Source of the DNA: Bryobacterales bacterium
GTDB taxonomy: Bacteria; Acidobacteriota; Terriglobia; Bryobacterales; UBA6623
Assembly (NCBI GenBank): GCA_965226245.1
Contig: CBDDCL010000015.1
Coordinates: 2,038,515 to 2,102,514, forward strand
Direction: 5' to 3'
DNA length: 64,000 bases
In this document: positions 49,633-58,888 of the stretch, piece after piece
Numbering within the stretch: the stretch's first letter is position 1
How the letters are laid out: each line of letters starts with the position of its first letter
The notes under the pieces: generated by a model
Database searches by the model: none
Told to the model about the DNA's origin: nothing
Seen by the model: the letters and a program-made list of their open reading frames with translations, nothing else
Translations under genes and position numbers: made by a program

Positions 49633-50589
49633 ATGCTTCTCGTTACAGGCGGCGCGGGCTACATTGGCAGCATCGTTGCCGAGCGCCTGCTTCAGCAGGG
49701 CCGGGAAGTTTGCGTTTTCGACAATCTCTCCCGCGGCTACCGGGATGCCGTGCCCCAGAAGGCGGTTTTCGTGGAGGGGGAGCTGGCTGACCGGGACCTG
49801 CTGCGAAAAGTCTTCAGCGAATACCCCATTGAAGGAGTCCTCCATTTCGCCGCGTTCGCCCTGGTCGGCGAGTCCATGAGCAACGCCGCGCTCTATTTTC
49901 GCAACAACGTGGGGGGTGCGCTCGTGCTGCTCGATGAGACCCAGGCGGCAGGGGTCGGCCGCTTCGTCTTCTCCTCGACCTGTGCCGTCTTTGGGGACAA
50001 GAATCCCTCTCCGATCTCCGAGGAACTTCCCAAGAACCCGGTCAATCCCTACGGCGAGTCTAAGCTGGCGATCGAGAAAGCCTTGCATTGGTACCATCGG
50101 TGTCATGGAATGAGCTACTTCGCCCTGCGCTACTTCAATGCCTGCGGGGCCAGCAAGGACCGCGGCGAGCGTCACGAACCAGAAACCCACCTGATTCCCC
50201 TGGTGCTGAATGTGGCGGCCGGGGAGAGTGCGGCGGTTCCCATCTTCGGAACCGACTATCCCACGCCCGATGGAACGTGCATCCGTGACTACATCCACGT
50301 AGAAGACTTAGCGGAAGCGCATATCGAGGCGCTCGGCGCGGAGCCGCGGCTCAGTGGCTGCTACAACGTTGGCACGGGCCGCGGGCATTCGGTGCGGGAA
50401 GTGATCGAGACGGTACGAAAGGTCACCGGCCGCACGGTTCCTGAAACCGTCGCGGACCGCCGGCCCGGAGATCCGCCAGAACTGGTAGCTGACTCCAGAA
50501 AGATCCAAGAGCAGCTTGGCTGGAAAGCCGCACAGGACCTAGAGGCGGCGGTCAGAAGCGCCTGGCAATTCAAGATGAGAAGGCAGTGA
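49633..50589 (+). CDS. galE: UDP-glucose 4-epimerase
   Basis: MLLVTGGAGYIGS Rossmann start and the YGESK catalytic motif. Confidence 0.9.
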   Translation: MLLVTGGAGYIGSIVAERLLQQGREVCVFDNLSRGYRDAVPQKAVFVEGELADRDLLRKVFSEYPIEGVLHFAAFALVGESMSNAALYFRNNVGGALVLLDETQAAGVGRFVFSSTCAVFGDKNPSPISEELPKNPVNPYGESKLAIEKALHWYHRCHGMSYFALRYFNACGASKDRGERHEPETHLIPLVLNVAAGESAAVPIFGTDYPTPDGTCIRDYIHVEDLAEAHIEALGAEPRLSGCYNVGTGRGHSVREVIETVRKVTGRTVPETVADRRPGDPPELVADSRKIQEQLGWKAAQDLEAAVRSAWQFKMRRQ

Positions 50590-50866
50590 GACGGCGGCAC
50601 TCGCGGCGCTGATCGGGCGCCCGGCCGCTCAGAAGCAGCTATCCATCAGAAAAGCAGCAACTCAGGCAGAAGCAGCAACTCAGGCCTCGCCGCGGCAAGC
50701 AGGTCCTTGCCTCCTGGCTCAGCACGCGGGCAAACACGCCCGCAAAGAAAAAAAACTCCCGGCATGGCTCGACGTAGTGGTTCACCCTCTTGCCTGGATG
50801 CGGGACAATAAGGCAGTCAACACTCAGCCGGCCGCCGCAAGCCGGCCGCGCGCGGGGAGGATTGCC

Positions 50867-51256
50867 ATGGCCAACTACATGATTGCCCAGCTCGACGAAA
50901 TCGAAGCGGTCGAGTGTCCTTGCGGTGAAGCGCGGCGGGCCTTCGCGGCTCCCGATAACGACGTCGCCACGCTGCACGTCGTGGACATCAAAACCGATTC
51001 TGAGGTCCACTACCACAAGAAGATGACGGAGATCTATCTGGTCCTCGAAGGCGAGGGCCATATGGAACTCGACGGCGAACTCATTCCCGTCAAGCCCCTC
51101 ACCTCGATCTTCATCAAGCCCGGCTGCCGTCACAGAGCCGTTGGCAAGATGAGAATCGTGAACATACCGATTCCCGCATTTGATCCCGCCGACGAGTGGT
51201 TTGATGAGGAGCCGGTAACGCAGGTTGAATCCAAACCAGTTGCGGCAGGCGACTAG
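50867..51256 (+). CDS. cupin domain protein
   Basis: HYHKKMTEIYLVLEGEG...GCRHRA cupin motifs. GGGGAGG RBS upstream of ATG 50867. Confidence 0.7.
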   Translation: MANYMIAQLDEIEAVECPCGEARRAFAAPDNDVATLHVVDIKTDSEVHYHKKMTEIYLVLEGEGHMELDGELIPVKPLTSIFIKPGCRHRAVGKMRIVNIPIPAFDPADEWFDEEPVTQVESKPVAAGD

Positions 51257-51350
51257 GAGCCCCGACCGTGAGGGAGGGGTTAGCCGCTTCGACGCGCCTC
51301 ATCCGACAGCTGCCACGCTCCCCTCTTTGGTTGCGGCTCGTCCGCGTCAG
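51256..51350 (+). repeat. dispersed hairpin repeat, copy D (core only)
   Basis: GGAGCCCCGACCGTGAGGGAGGGGTTAGCCGCTTCGACGCGCCTCATCC...CGCTCCCCTCTTTGGTTGCGGCTCGTCCGCGTCAG. Confidence 0.85.
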
Positions 51351-51367
51351 GCGGTGAGAAAAGCCGG

Positions 51368-51718
51368 CTACGTCTCGTCCCCTCGAACCATTTGCTCCAG
51401 CGCAATCTTCGGGCAGATCTGGTTGTGAATGTAATCAATCAGGGAGGTCCCTACCCGGCGGATTCTTCTTTCGATACGCTCGTCGAGGCAATTTCCCGCT
51501 TCATCGAACACTTTGTGAACGTTCGGAACCGAAGCCGGTCCCGGCAGCACGATGGCCCCTACATGGGAGCAGACACTGCGCAGATGTTCGAGCGATTTGA
51601 TGGCGCCAATGGCCCCCGCGGCTACTCCCAGCAGCGCCACGGGCTTTCCGCTCAATACCGACGGGTATCCCAATTGCTCGATGAACAGTTTGATCACGCT
51701 GCTGTAGCTTCCATGGTA
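51368..51718 (-). pseudogene. NADPH-dependent FMN reductase, C-terminal fragment
   Basis: Continues ..PEYHG|SYSSVIKLFIEQLGYP.. from 52746..53008 once the IS and one TSD copy are removed. Confidence 0.8.
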
Positions 51719-52745
51719 ATGGGGTATTTAGTTGACTCCAGTAGCCACTACATCTTGGGGGTGGGGGTGCCGGCCCTGGTGGCCTCGACCATTGTCTTAT
51801 AGGGAGCAGGGTCGGCGGCGACCGCCTGCTGGAGGAGGCGATAGAAAAGTTTGCCGCGCGACCGTGAGGTCCGCCGGTTGAAGCGGAACGTGAACTCGTC
51901 CAGGTAGTAGTCCAAATACTCGTGACTGACAGCCCCCTGGTGGGTCCCCAACAGCCAGCGCTTTAGCAGAGAGGCGACACGATGGACTCTCGGCAGCAGC
52001 TTACTCGCCGATTGCCGCTTCCCGCGCAGCACGGTGACTTCATGGCGGTATCCTTTGTTCTCCAATCCCGCATAGCCTTCCCAGCCGTCGGTGTGCACGA
52101 GGCTGCCAGGTTGGATAGCTTCTTCGACAAAGGCTTCCAAGCTCGCCGCTGAGGCATCCGCGATCCGACGGAGCCGGATGCGACCCATACCGCGCCCATC
52201 CTCCTCGGCAGCAACCGCAACTAACGCTTTGCCAACCATTTCGCGACCTCGGACGCCCTCTTCGACTCCGCCCACATACGTTTCGTCCACCTCCACCCGG
52301 CCGACCAGCCGATTGCGACCGGGGCGCACCATGGCGCGGCGGAACTTGTGCAGCCAGGTCCAGGCGGTTACATAGCTACCCAAACCCAAGACCCGCTGCA
52401 ACTCCAGCGCGCTGGCCCCGCCTTTTTGCGTTGTCACCCACCAAGCCGCCCGGAACCACAACGTCAAGGGCTTGCGGGTGTCCTGGAAAATCGTGCCCGC
52501 CGTCACCGAGGCCTGGTAACCGCAGTCGGCGCAGAGCAGCAGATTGCGTTTGCTGGCCCATGAGGACTGGATCCCACAGCGCGGGCACACGAACCCCTCC
52601 GGCCAGCGCAGCTTCAGCAGGTACTCCCGGCACGCCTCCTCGGTCGAGAATCGAGCTTCCAACTCGACGAGGTTTCGGGGGTAGTCCTCCTTCATGCCCC
52701 CAACCACAACATATTGTGGCTACTGGAGTCAACTAAATACCCCAT
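51719..52745 (-). mobile_element. IS1595-family insertion sequence, full copy 2 (1027 bp)
   Basis: Same 30-bp TIRs. Perfect 8-bp TSD CCATGGTA at 51711-51718 and 52746-52753. Confidence 0.95.
51748..52707 (-). CDS. IS1595-family DDE transposase
   Basis: 319 aa, identical to 8161..9120. Confidence 0.9.
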   Translation of the reverse strand: MVGGMKEDYPRNLVELEARFSTEEACREYLLKLRWPEGFVCPRCGIQSSWASKRNLLLCADCGYQASVTAGTIFQDTRKPLTLWFRAAWWVTTQKGGASALELQRVLGLGSYVTAWTWLHKFRRAMVRPGRNRLVGRVEVDETYVGGVEEGVRGREMVGKALVAVAAEEDGRGMGRIRLRRIADASAASLEAFVEEAIQPGSLVHTDGWEGYAGLENKGYRHEVTVLRGKRQSASKLLPRVHRVASLLKRWLLGTHQGAVSHEYLDYYLDEFTFRFNRRTSRSRGKLFYRLLQQAVAADPAPYKTMVEATRAGTPTPKM

Positions 52746-53008
52746 CCATGGTATTCCGGCGTCGCAAGAACCACGCCCGCCGCCGCCGTGACTTTTGCTT
52801 GAAGCGATTGCATGACAGCCGGGTCTTTCGCGGTTCCCGGTAAGGACATCGCTACTTCCGCCGGGTCAATCACTTCCACTTCAATGCCGTCGTGCTTGCG
52901 CATTTCGTCAACGGCCAAAGCCAGGGCTTTCGCGGTCTGATTCCCTGGCCGGACGCTGCCGATCGCGGCAACAATTCGGATTCCATTTGAGGTCTCACTC
53001 ACTTGCAT
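52746..53008 (-). pseudogene. NADPH-dependent FMN reductase, N-terminal fragment
   Basis: IRIVAAIGSVRPGN...VVLATPEYHG flavodoxin-like start. Confidence 0.8.
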
Positions 53009-53103
53009 CCTCCCGCTGATTATGTTTCGCCGTTTTGTCGTCGGCCCCTCACTCGGCCTGGCGCGACCCCGATTGCAGCTTCCGATCGTTGTTCCGAGGC
53101 AGG

Positions 53104-53784
53104 TTACTCAGCAGCCGCCATCCGGCCGCTGCTCCAACGATGGACAGCATAGAAAACAGCAATCAAGACCAGGCCCAACAGCACTCCCGCCAGCACATGC
53201 TCTTTGAGAAAGGCCGTTGTTTCTTCACGGTAACGGATCGCGATGAAAGCCTCGCCAAAGTAACGCACAATCCGGGCAAACAGAATCACGGCAATGAAGC
53301 GCGGCAACTTCATTTCAAATACACCGGCGGCCATCACGAAGATTTTCATTGGCAAAGGCAGCGGGATCATGGTCGGCGGCAGCAGGACCAGCGCGTCGAA
53401 CTTTTCAATCCGCCGCCGTATCTTGTCGATTCCCGCAGTCGAGGTCTTCCTCTTCAGTACCGCCCGGCCTCCCCGGCGGGCGACAGAGTAGAGAATCAGG
53501 CAACCCGCCAGCGAGCCTAGCACGGCCAAGCCCGCCCCCAAATAGGCGCTGGAAGGTTCGGCAATCGCCTGCGCGATCACCAGCGCGTCCACGCCCTGCG
53601 GCATCGGAATCATGGCCGAATCCAGAAAAGAAAGCAGAAAGAGGCCGTACGGTCCCAGCGTTGTCAGCCAAGAGGCAAGATTGGTCAGCACTTTGGTTCT
53701 AGAGTTCCTCGTTTCATTCTGGTGGAAATGCTTTGGGCTGCTGGAGATGCGTTGGGCGGATCTATGTTTGGAGGAGCGTACCAC
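53104..53784 (-). CDS. DedA/YqaA (VTT domain) family membrane protein
   Basis: GLFLLSFLDSAMIPMPQGVDALV motif and 4-5 TM helices. Confidence 0.65.
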   Translation of the reverse strand: MVRSSKHRSAQRISSSPKHFHQNETRNSRTKVLTNLASWLTTLGPYGLFLLSFLDSAMIPMPQGVDALVIAQAIAEPSSAYLGAGLAVLGSLAGCLILYSVARRGGRAVLKRKTSTAGIDKIRRRIEKFDALVLLPPTMIPLPLPMKIFVMAAGVFEMKLPRFIAVILFARIVRYFGEAFIAIRYREETTAFLKEHVLAGVLLGLVLIAVFYAVHRWSSGRMAAAE

Positions 53785-53915
53785 GCTCGCGCGTGACCGG
53801 CGGCAATTGCGGATGAATGGCCGTTGGTTTGGGGGCAGAACGCTTCTCGCTAGCTAAACGTCCCCCGCCCAGCCGGCGTTTCAGGTTTCCCCTCTGAAAC
53901 GAACAAGCCTTAGCA

Positions 53916-54053
53916 GCCCGTGGCAGAAGTGTGTGCGGGCGAAAATGGGGGACTGCCATCCGATTCTCGGTCGTGGAACCCCGTTTTTTCCAAATAGTGC
54001 GGCGCGAGAATCGGTGGCTGTCCCCTTTTTTCGCCCAGACTTACACCACGGGC
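53916..54053. repeat. 138-nt imperfect long inverted repeat immediately 3' of nth
   Basis: Arms GCCCGTGGCAGAAGTGTGTGCGGGCGAAAATGGGGGACTGCCATCCGATTCTC and GAGAATCGGTGGCTGTCCCCTTTTTTCGCCCAGACTTACACCACGGGC. Confidence 0.7.
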
Positions 54054-54055
54054 TG

Positions 54056-54724
54056 TTAGGTCGTCTTGTCCGGAGCGTAACACAAATTCTCTAATCCGCA
54101 CTCCGAGCAACGGGGCTTGCGCGCGACACAAACGCCGCGGCCATGGTGAATGATCTGATGAGAATACAAAATCCAGCGCTTCTTCGGGAGCAAGGCCATC
54201 AGATCTTTTTCGATCTTTTTCGGGTCGTCTTCCTTTGTCAGGTCCAGCCGCCGCGAGATACGCTGGACGTGCGTGTCGACGACGACACCGCTTGCTTGGC
54301 GAAACCAGGTCCCGAGAACGACGTTCGCGGTCTTGCGTGCGACACCGGGCAGCGTGAGCAACTGGTCCATTCTCCGGGGCGCCTCGCCCCCATACTGCTC
54401 CATGATTTTCTTTGCCGCGCCCGTGAGCGATTTCGCCTTATTGCGGAAGAATCCGGTCGATTGAATGTCCTTTTCCAGCACCTCCGGGCGAACAGCGGCC
54501 ATGTCTGCGATGGTTGGGTATTTCCGAAATAGCCCCGGGGTCACTTGGTTGACGCGCTTGTCCGTGCATTGCGCTGACAGGATTGTGGCGGCCAGCAGTT
54601 CCCAGGCACTGTTGTGGATCAAAGCACATTCAACGTCGGGGTAGTCCCGGTTGAGCCGCCGCAGAATGATGCTTAGGCGGCGCTTGCGCTCCTGCTGGGT
54701 TCTTGGCCGCTTCATTCGCGCCAT
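54056..54724 (-). CDS. nth: endonuclease III
   Basis: HhH-GPD motif (LPGVARKTANVV) and a C-terminal 4Fe-4S CysX6CysX2CysX5Cys. Confidence 0.9.
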   Translation of the reverse strand: MARMKRPRTQQERKRRLSIILRRLNRDYPDVECALIHNSAWELLAATILSAQCTDKRVNQVTPGLFRKYPTIADMAAVRPEVLEKDIQSTGFFRNKAKSLTGAAKKIMEQYGGEAPRRMDQLLTLPGVARKTANVVLGTWFRQASGVVVDTHVQRISRRLDLTKEDDPKKIEKDLMALLPKKRWILYSHQIIHHGRGVCVARKPRCSECGLENLCYAPDKTT

Positions 54725-54897
54725 TCGAGAATCGCGGCTATTAATAGTACATGGAAGCTTTCAGCCACCATGAGCCAGCAGCGATCATACCACACTCCCA
54801 CCTCCGCCCAGCTACACTAAGCCACACTTCCTCTTGAATAAGCGCTTGTCGTCCGCTCGCCCCCGCTCCACCCGACCGAAACACCCAAAGCCGCAAG

Positions 54898-55104
54898 ACG
54901 TGGCGCGCGCATTCTTGCGTGCCGTGTCGCCATTCTTGGCGACATGTCTTGGGCCCCCAGGCTCACCATAACCCCGATCCCACCGGCGCACGTGCGTTCC
55001 ACCCGCCAAAAAAGCCGAACAAAAGGAGTACGAATTTTCCAAAATCCGCTCAAACCTGCTCACCCTCCCCAAGAAACAACAGAGGCGTGGACGGGAGTCC
55101 ACGC
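54898..55104 (+). repeat. twin-hairpin repeat plus GCGTGGAC-GGGA-GTCCACGC hairpin
   Basis: ACGTGGCGCGCGCATTCTTGCGTGCCGTGTCGCCATTCTTGGCGACATG at 54898-54948. Hairpin at 55085-55104. Confidence 0.7.
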
Positions 55105-55398
55105 TCAAGACCCCAAATCACCTCCCATCCATCAAGAACGACTCCAACCCCCAATCCAACCAAAACACTACCCATAGCCCGCAAGTCCGCCATCGACCCC
55201 CCCCCGGCCCAACACTCAGCCACTACTCGGCGCAACCCACGCCAAAACGTGAAAGGAAGGGTCTTGAACTCAGGCAGCCGCGAGGCGATCGGACGCCTCG
55301 ACCGTAACGTCATCGCCCGGCTTCAGCTCAGGCCCATGCGGAACGAAGCCTCTCAAGTGCGTGTCAAGCTATGGCAACGGCGCCCACTGACTCCGCCG

Positions 55399-56136
55399 CT
55401 ATCTGCCTTCCGACAGACGCGACGCCAGCGCACCCGGCAGCCCGGCGTCCCGGATCTTCTCTTGCGTGGTTTCAATAGCGTAGGGACAGCGCCGGTATTC
55501 CACCACTTGCTTTTCGGAGTCGAAAATGGCGTAGCCGGCCTTCCAGTTGAAGTCTCTGGGCTGCCCCACGGATCCCGGATTGATCAGGTAGCTCCGGCCC
55601 GCCGAAGTCTGGATCTCACCCGAGTCCGGCCCAACGGTCTCGTACGCGATGTGTCCGTCTTCGCCCCAAAGAATAAAGCCGCCCTGCAGATGGGTGTGTC
55701 CGAAAAAGACAAGCCTGCCTTCTACGTGGGGGTACTGCATCATGGCGTCATAAGGGTCGATCACGTATTGGTCTTCATCAATGATGGAGCCATGAACCAT
55801 CAAGAAACCATTGAGGACCAGCGGTCCCTGTGACAGGCCCGTCAAATACTCGCGATTCTCCGGCGTCAGGTTCTCCTGGGTCCATTGCACGGCCAATCGC
55901 GCGATGACGTTGAACGTCGAGGCATCATCGATACCGCAGCAGGCCTTGTCGTGGTTGCCGCGAATGACGTGGCTGACATTCTCCCGAATCCACTCCGTCA
56001 CGGCGTTGGGGTCGGCGCCATAGCCAACGATGTCTCCCAGACAGCAGATCTCGTCGTAGTCCCCTTCCGCATGGTCGAGGACCGCTTCCAAGCCTTCCTT
56101 GTTGGAGTGAATGTCGCTGAGTATGAGGTAGCGCAT
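55399..56136 (-). CDS. metallophosphoesterase family protein
   Basis: MRYLILSDIHSN, GDIVGYG, GNHD and GHTH motifs. Start at ATG 56136. Confidence 0.8.
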   Translation of the reverse strand: MRYLILSDIHSNKEGLEAVLDHAEGDYDEICCLGDIVGYGADPNAVTEWIRENVSHVIRGNHDKACCGIDDASTFNVIARLAVQWTQENLTPENREYLTGLSQGPLVLNGFLMVHGSIIDEDQYVIDPYDAMMQYPHVEGRLVFFGHTHLQGGFILWGEDGHIAYETVGPDSGEIQTSAGRSYLINPGSVGQPRDFNWKAGYAIFDSEKQVVEYRRCPYAIETTQEKIRDAGLPGALASRLSEGR

Positions 56137-56156
56137 CTTGGAAACCCGCCGTCCCG

Positions 56157-56486
56157 TTAGGCGCGGCGGAGGGTCAGCAGGCTGATCTCCGGCCAAGCCC
56201 CGATTCGCATCGCGAGATTCACGGTTCCGATGCCGCGGCTCACGTAGAGCGCGGAACGGCCGAGGCGGTATTCACCGGCAACGTAAGGCGTGAAAAAGTG
56301 CCCTGGATTCGCCCATTGCTCGAAGATCTCAACCGTGACCTGTCCTCCATGCGTGTGACCAGAGACTACAAAATCGTATCCTAAACCCTCCGCCACGGGA
56401 AACACGTCGGGATTGTGGCTGAGCAGCAGGTTGAACGCCTTGTCGCGAACCAGAGGACCCGCGTCCCGCAGATAGGGCTTCCGCTG
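56157..56486 (-). pseudogene. C-terminal remnant of a second metallophosphoesterase
   Basis: ..LLLSHNPDVFPVAE..VVSGHTHGGQV.. with an in-frame stop directly upstream (56487-56489). No N-terminal half is present. Confidence 0.6.
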
Positions 56487-56654
56487 TCAAGCCACTTACG
56501 TCTCGGAATGGGAGGAAAGGAAAGCTGCTCTGCCCCCTCTTCCATCTTCTCGGACAGCAGACCCGGAAGTCTACCGAGCGAACCGCTCAGGCACCGCCGG
56601 GGAACATACCGAGTCGAGCTGGAACTTCCGGTTGGCGGGAAATCCGGCGGCGGT

Positions 56655-57443
56655 TCAACCCGGCTGTTCGCGCACCGCCAAACGTTCGATCGATGTCGCG
56701 TGGCCCGTGCCGTCGTCCACTTCGATCAAGACGGCCGCCAGCCGGACGTCTTTTTTTGCGGGCTCAAACCGCACTGGGATGCCATAGAGAAAACGCTGGA
56801 TCGAGGCCTCCTTGCCCATCCCGATCACCGAGTCGTAGGGTCCTGTCATGCCGACGTCGGTGATGTAGGCTGTCCCTCCCGGCAGAACCCGTTCGTCGGC
56901 GGTTGGGACGTGCGTATGTGTTCCAACGACCGCCGAGACCTGACCATCCACATACCAGCCGAACGCAATCATCTCGCTGGTGGCTTCCGCGTGCAGGTCG
57001 ATTATCCTTACCTTGACGTCATCTTCCAGGCTTGCCAGCAACTCGTCCGCCTTACGGAAAGGACAGTCGATACTAGGAAGATGCACCCGCCCTTGAAGGT
57101 TGATCACGGCATAAGGAACGCCTCCCGCTGTCGTGCCGGCATAAGCGCCGCCCCCCGGGGAACCTTCGGGATAGTTGGCCGGCCGGATCAGCTCGGGCCT
57201 TTTATCCATATAGGAATGCGCTTCCTTCTTGTCCCATATGTGATTGCCCGAGGTTAGAACATGGACCCCGGCGCCGAGCAAGCGCTCCGCTATGTCCACG
57301 GTAACGCCGAACCCTGCCGCCGAGTTTTCGCAGTTGGCAACCACGAGATCGACTTGCCGGTCAGAGACAATCGTCTCCAGCTCGTTGTGGACGATGCGCC
57401 TCCCCGGCTTGCCAATGATGTCGCCTATGAACAGAATCTTCAT
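56655..57443 (-). CDS. YmdB-type (TIGR00282) metallophosphoesterase
   Basis: MKILFIGDIIGKPGR...ANCENSAAGFG...TSGNHIWD motifs. Confidence 0.85.
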   Translation of the reverse strand: MKILFIGDIIGKPGRRIVHNELETIVSDRQVDLVVANCENSAAGFGVTVDIAERLLGAGVHVLTSGNHIWDKKEAHSYMDKRPELIRPANYPEGSPGGGAYAGTTAGGVPYAVINLQGRVHLPSIDCPFRKADELLASLEDDVKVRIIDLHAEATSEMIAFGWYVDGQVSAVVGTHTHVPTADERVLPGGTAYITDVGMTGPYDSVIGMGKEASIQRFLYGIPVRFEPAKKDVRLAAVLIEVDDGTGHATSIERLAVREQPG

Positions 57444-57743
57444 ATCGAGTTGCGGGATGCTCCCGTGAAACGACCCCGGACCCGCCGCGGGTGGGGTTGG
57501 AATGACTCAGTTTATCGGAATCGAGGTTACCGGAAGCAAAGGTCTGCCGGAAAGGCCTGATTTGCGAGCAAGCAGCCAAGCCTTTTCCAATCCAAGAATG
57601 CGTCCGCTCGTTATAGACTTGGTGGAGAGGTTCCCTGTCGCTCGGCCGGCCGGCCGTCGCGGCGATCGATTCGCACCATGTGGCGGTCGCCAAGATAAAC
57701 GTGCCGGATCGCCGATTCCGATCCTCTCGGTAAGGAGTTCTCC

Positions 57744-58640
57744 ATGAACCGGCGTGACCTTCTCAAATCCCTTCCAACAGCAGCGGCCCTTTCTTTCGGA
57801 CCCTTCGCCTTTGCCGCGGCGCCCCGAGCCGAAACTTCCTCGAAGCCGCGAATCAAGAGCGCCATCTGCGCCTATTCCTACCGCGACGCGCTGGGCCGCA
57901 ACCAGATGACCTATGAAGACTTGGTGGACATCGCGGTCGAGAACGACATCGACGGGCTTGACCTAACGGTTTACTGGTTTCCGCAGGATCATCTCAACCG
58001 GTTCCTCCGCTCCCTGCGGCGCAAGGCCTACTTGGCAGCGGTCGAGATCCCGAGCATTGCCATTCGCTCGGATCTGTGCCGTCCCACGGCCCGTGAGCAA
58101 CACCAGGAAGCCGCCTGGCTCGGCCACTGGGTGGACATCGCCAACCGGCTCGGCGCCAGCCACATTCGCGTGTTCGGCGGCAGCGTCCCCGATGGCGCCG
58201 ACGAAAACGACGCCGCGAAATGGGTTACGGAAATACTCAAGCGAGCCGCTGATTACGCACAAAGCAAGGGAGTCATCCTGGGCCTGGAAAATCACGGCGG
58301 CATCACCCTCTACGCCAAGCGCATTGTTGAGATCGTGCGGGCTGTGGATCACCCCTGGGTTGGCATCAACCTCGATACCGGAAATTTCCGCAGCGATCCC
58401 TACGCTCAGATGGCAACCTGCCTGCCCTACGCCGTCAACGCGCAGTTCAAGGTCACGATCCGCTACGAGGACGGCCGCCGGGAGGCCTGTGACTGGGACC
58501 GCGTCATGAAAATGTTTGCCGAAGCCGGCTACCGAGGCTACGTCTCACTCGAGCACGAAGGAGAGAAGGACGCCCCGGTCACCGCCGTACCGCGGCAATT
58601 GAGACGGCTCCGTGACTTGGCCAGAAAATACTCGGCCTGA
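57744..58640 (+). CDS. sugar phosphate isomerase/epimerase (xylose-isomerase-like TIM barrel) with Tat-type signal
   Basis: MNRRDLLKSLP...twin-Arg-like leader. LGLENHGG and SLEHEG motifs. Confidence 0.7.
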   Translation: MNRRDLLKSLPTAAALSFGPFAFAAAPRAETSSKPRIKSAICAYSYRDALGRNQMTYEDLVDIAVENDIDGLDLTVYWFPQDHLNRFLRSLRRKAYLAAVEIPSIAIRSDLCRPTAREQHQEAAWLGHWVDIANRLGASHIRVFGGSVPDGADENDAAKWVTEILKRAADYAQSKGVILGLENHGGITLYAKRIVEIVRAVDHPWVGINLDTGNFRSDPYAQMATCLPYAVNAQFKVTIRYEDGRREACDWDRVMKMFAEAGYRGYVSLEHEGEKDAPVTAVPRQLRRLRDLARKYSA

Positions 58641-58816
58641 GGTTGAGCGCCAAATCCTTGCCCAATGCGGCAGAAAGTTCGGGAAGCAGCATCAGAGCCC
58701 CAGGCGGCAGCCTGGGGTCAAGTCTCCCAACCGCAACGGCTCCGTGATCTGGCCAGAAAATACTCGGCTTGAGTGTTTGCCCAATGTGGCAGAAAGTTCG
58801 GGAAGCAGCATCAGAG
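58604..58816 (+). repeat. ~130-bp-period tandem duplication spanning the 3' end of the preceding CDS
   Basis: ACGGCTCCGTGA(C/T)(T/C)TGGCCAGAAAATACTCGGC(C/T)TGAG...TTGCCCAATG(C/T)GGCAGAAAGTTCGGGAAGCAGCATCAGAG occurs at 58604 and 58736. Confidence 0.85.
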
Positions 58817-58888
58817 ATGGGATGAGAAGGCTGGCCGCTGAAAGCCGGGAAGCGCTAAGCTACCGGCAGCAGCGAAGGATGTCCACCT

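Noticed and set aside
54919-55833. 304-aa ORF spanning the nth / metallophosphoesterase spacer
   Set aside because: The first half is a low-complexity Pro/Thr/Arg translation of the G-depleted tract. The second half is antisense to the metallophosphoesterase gene.
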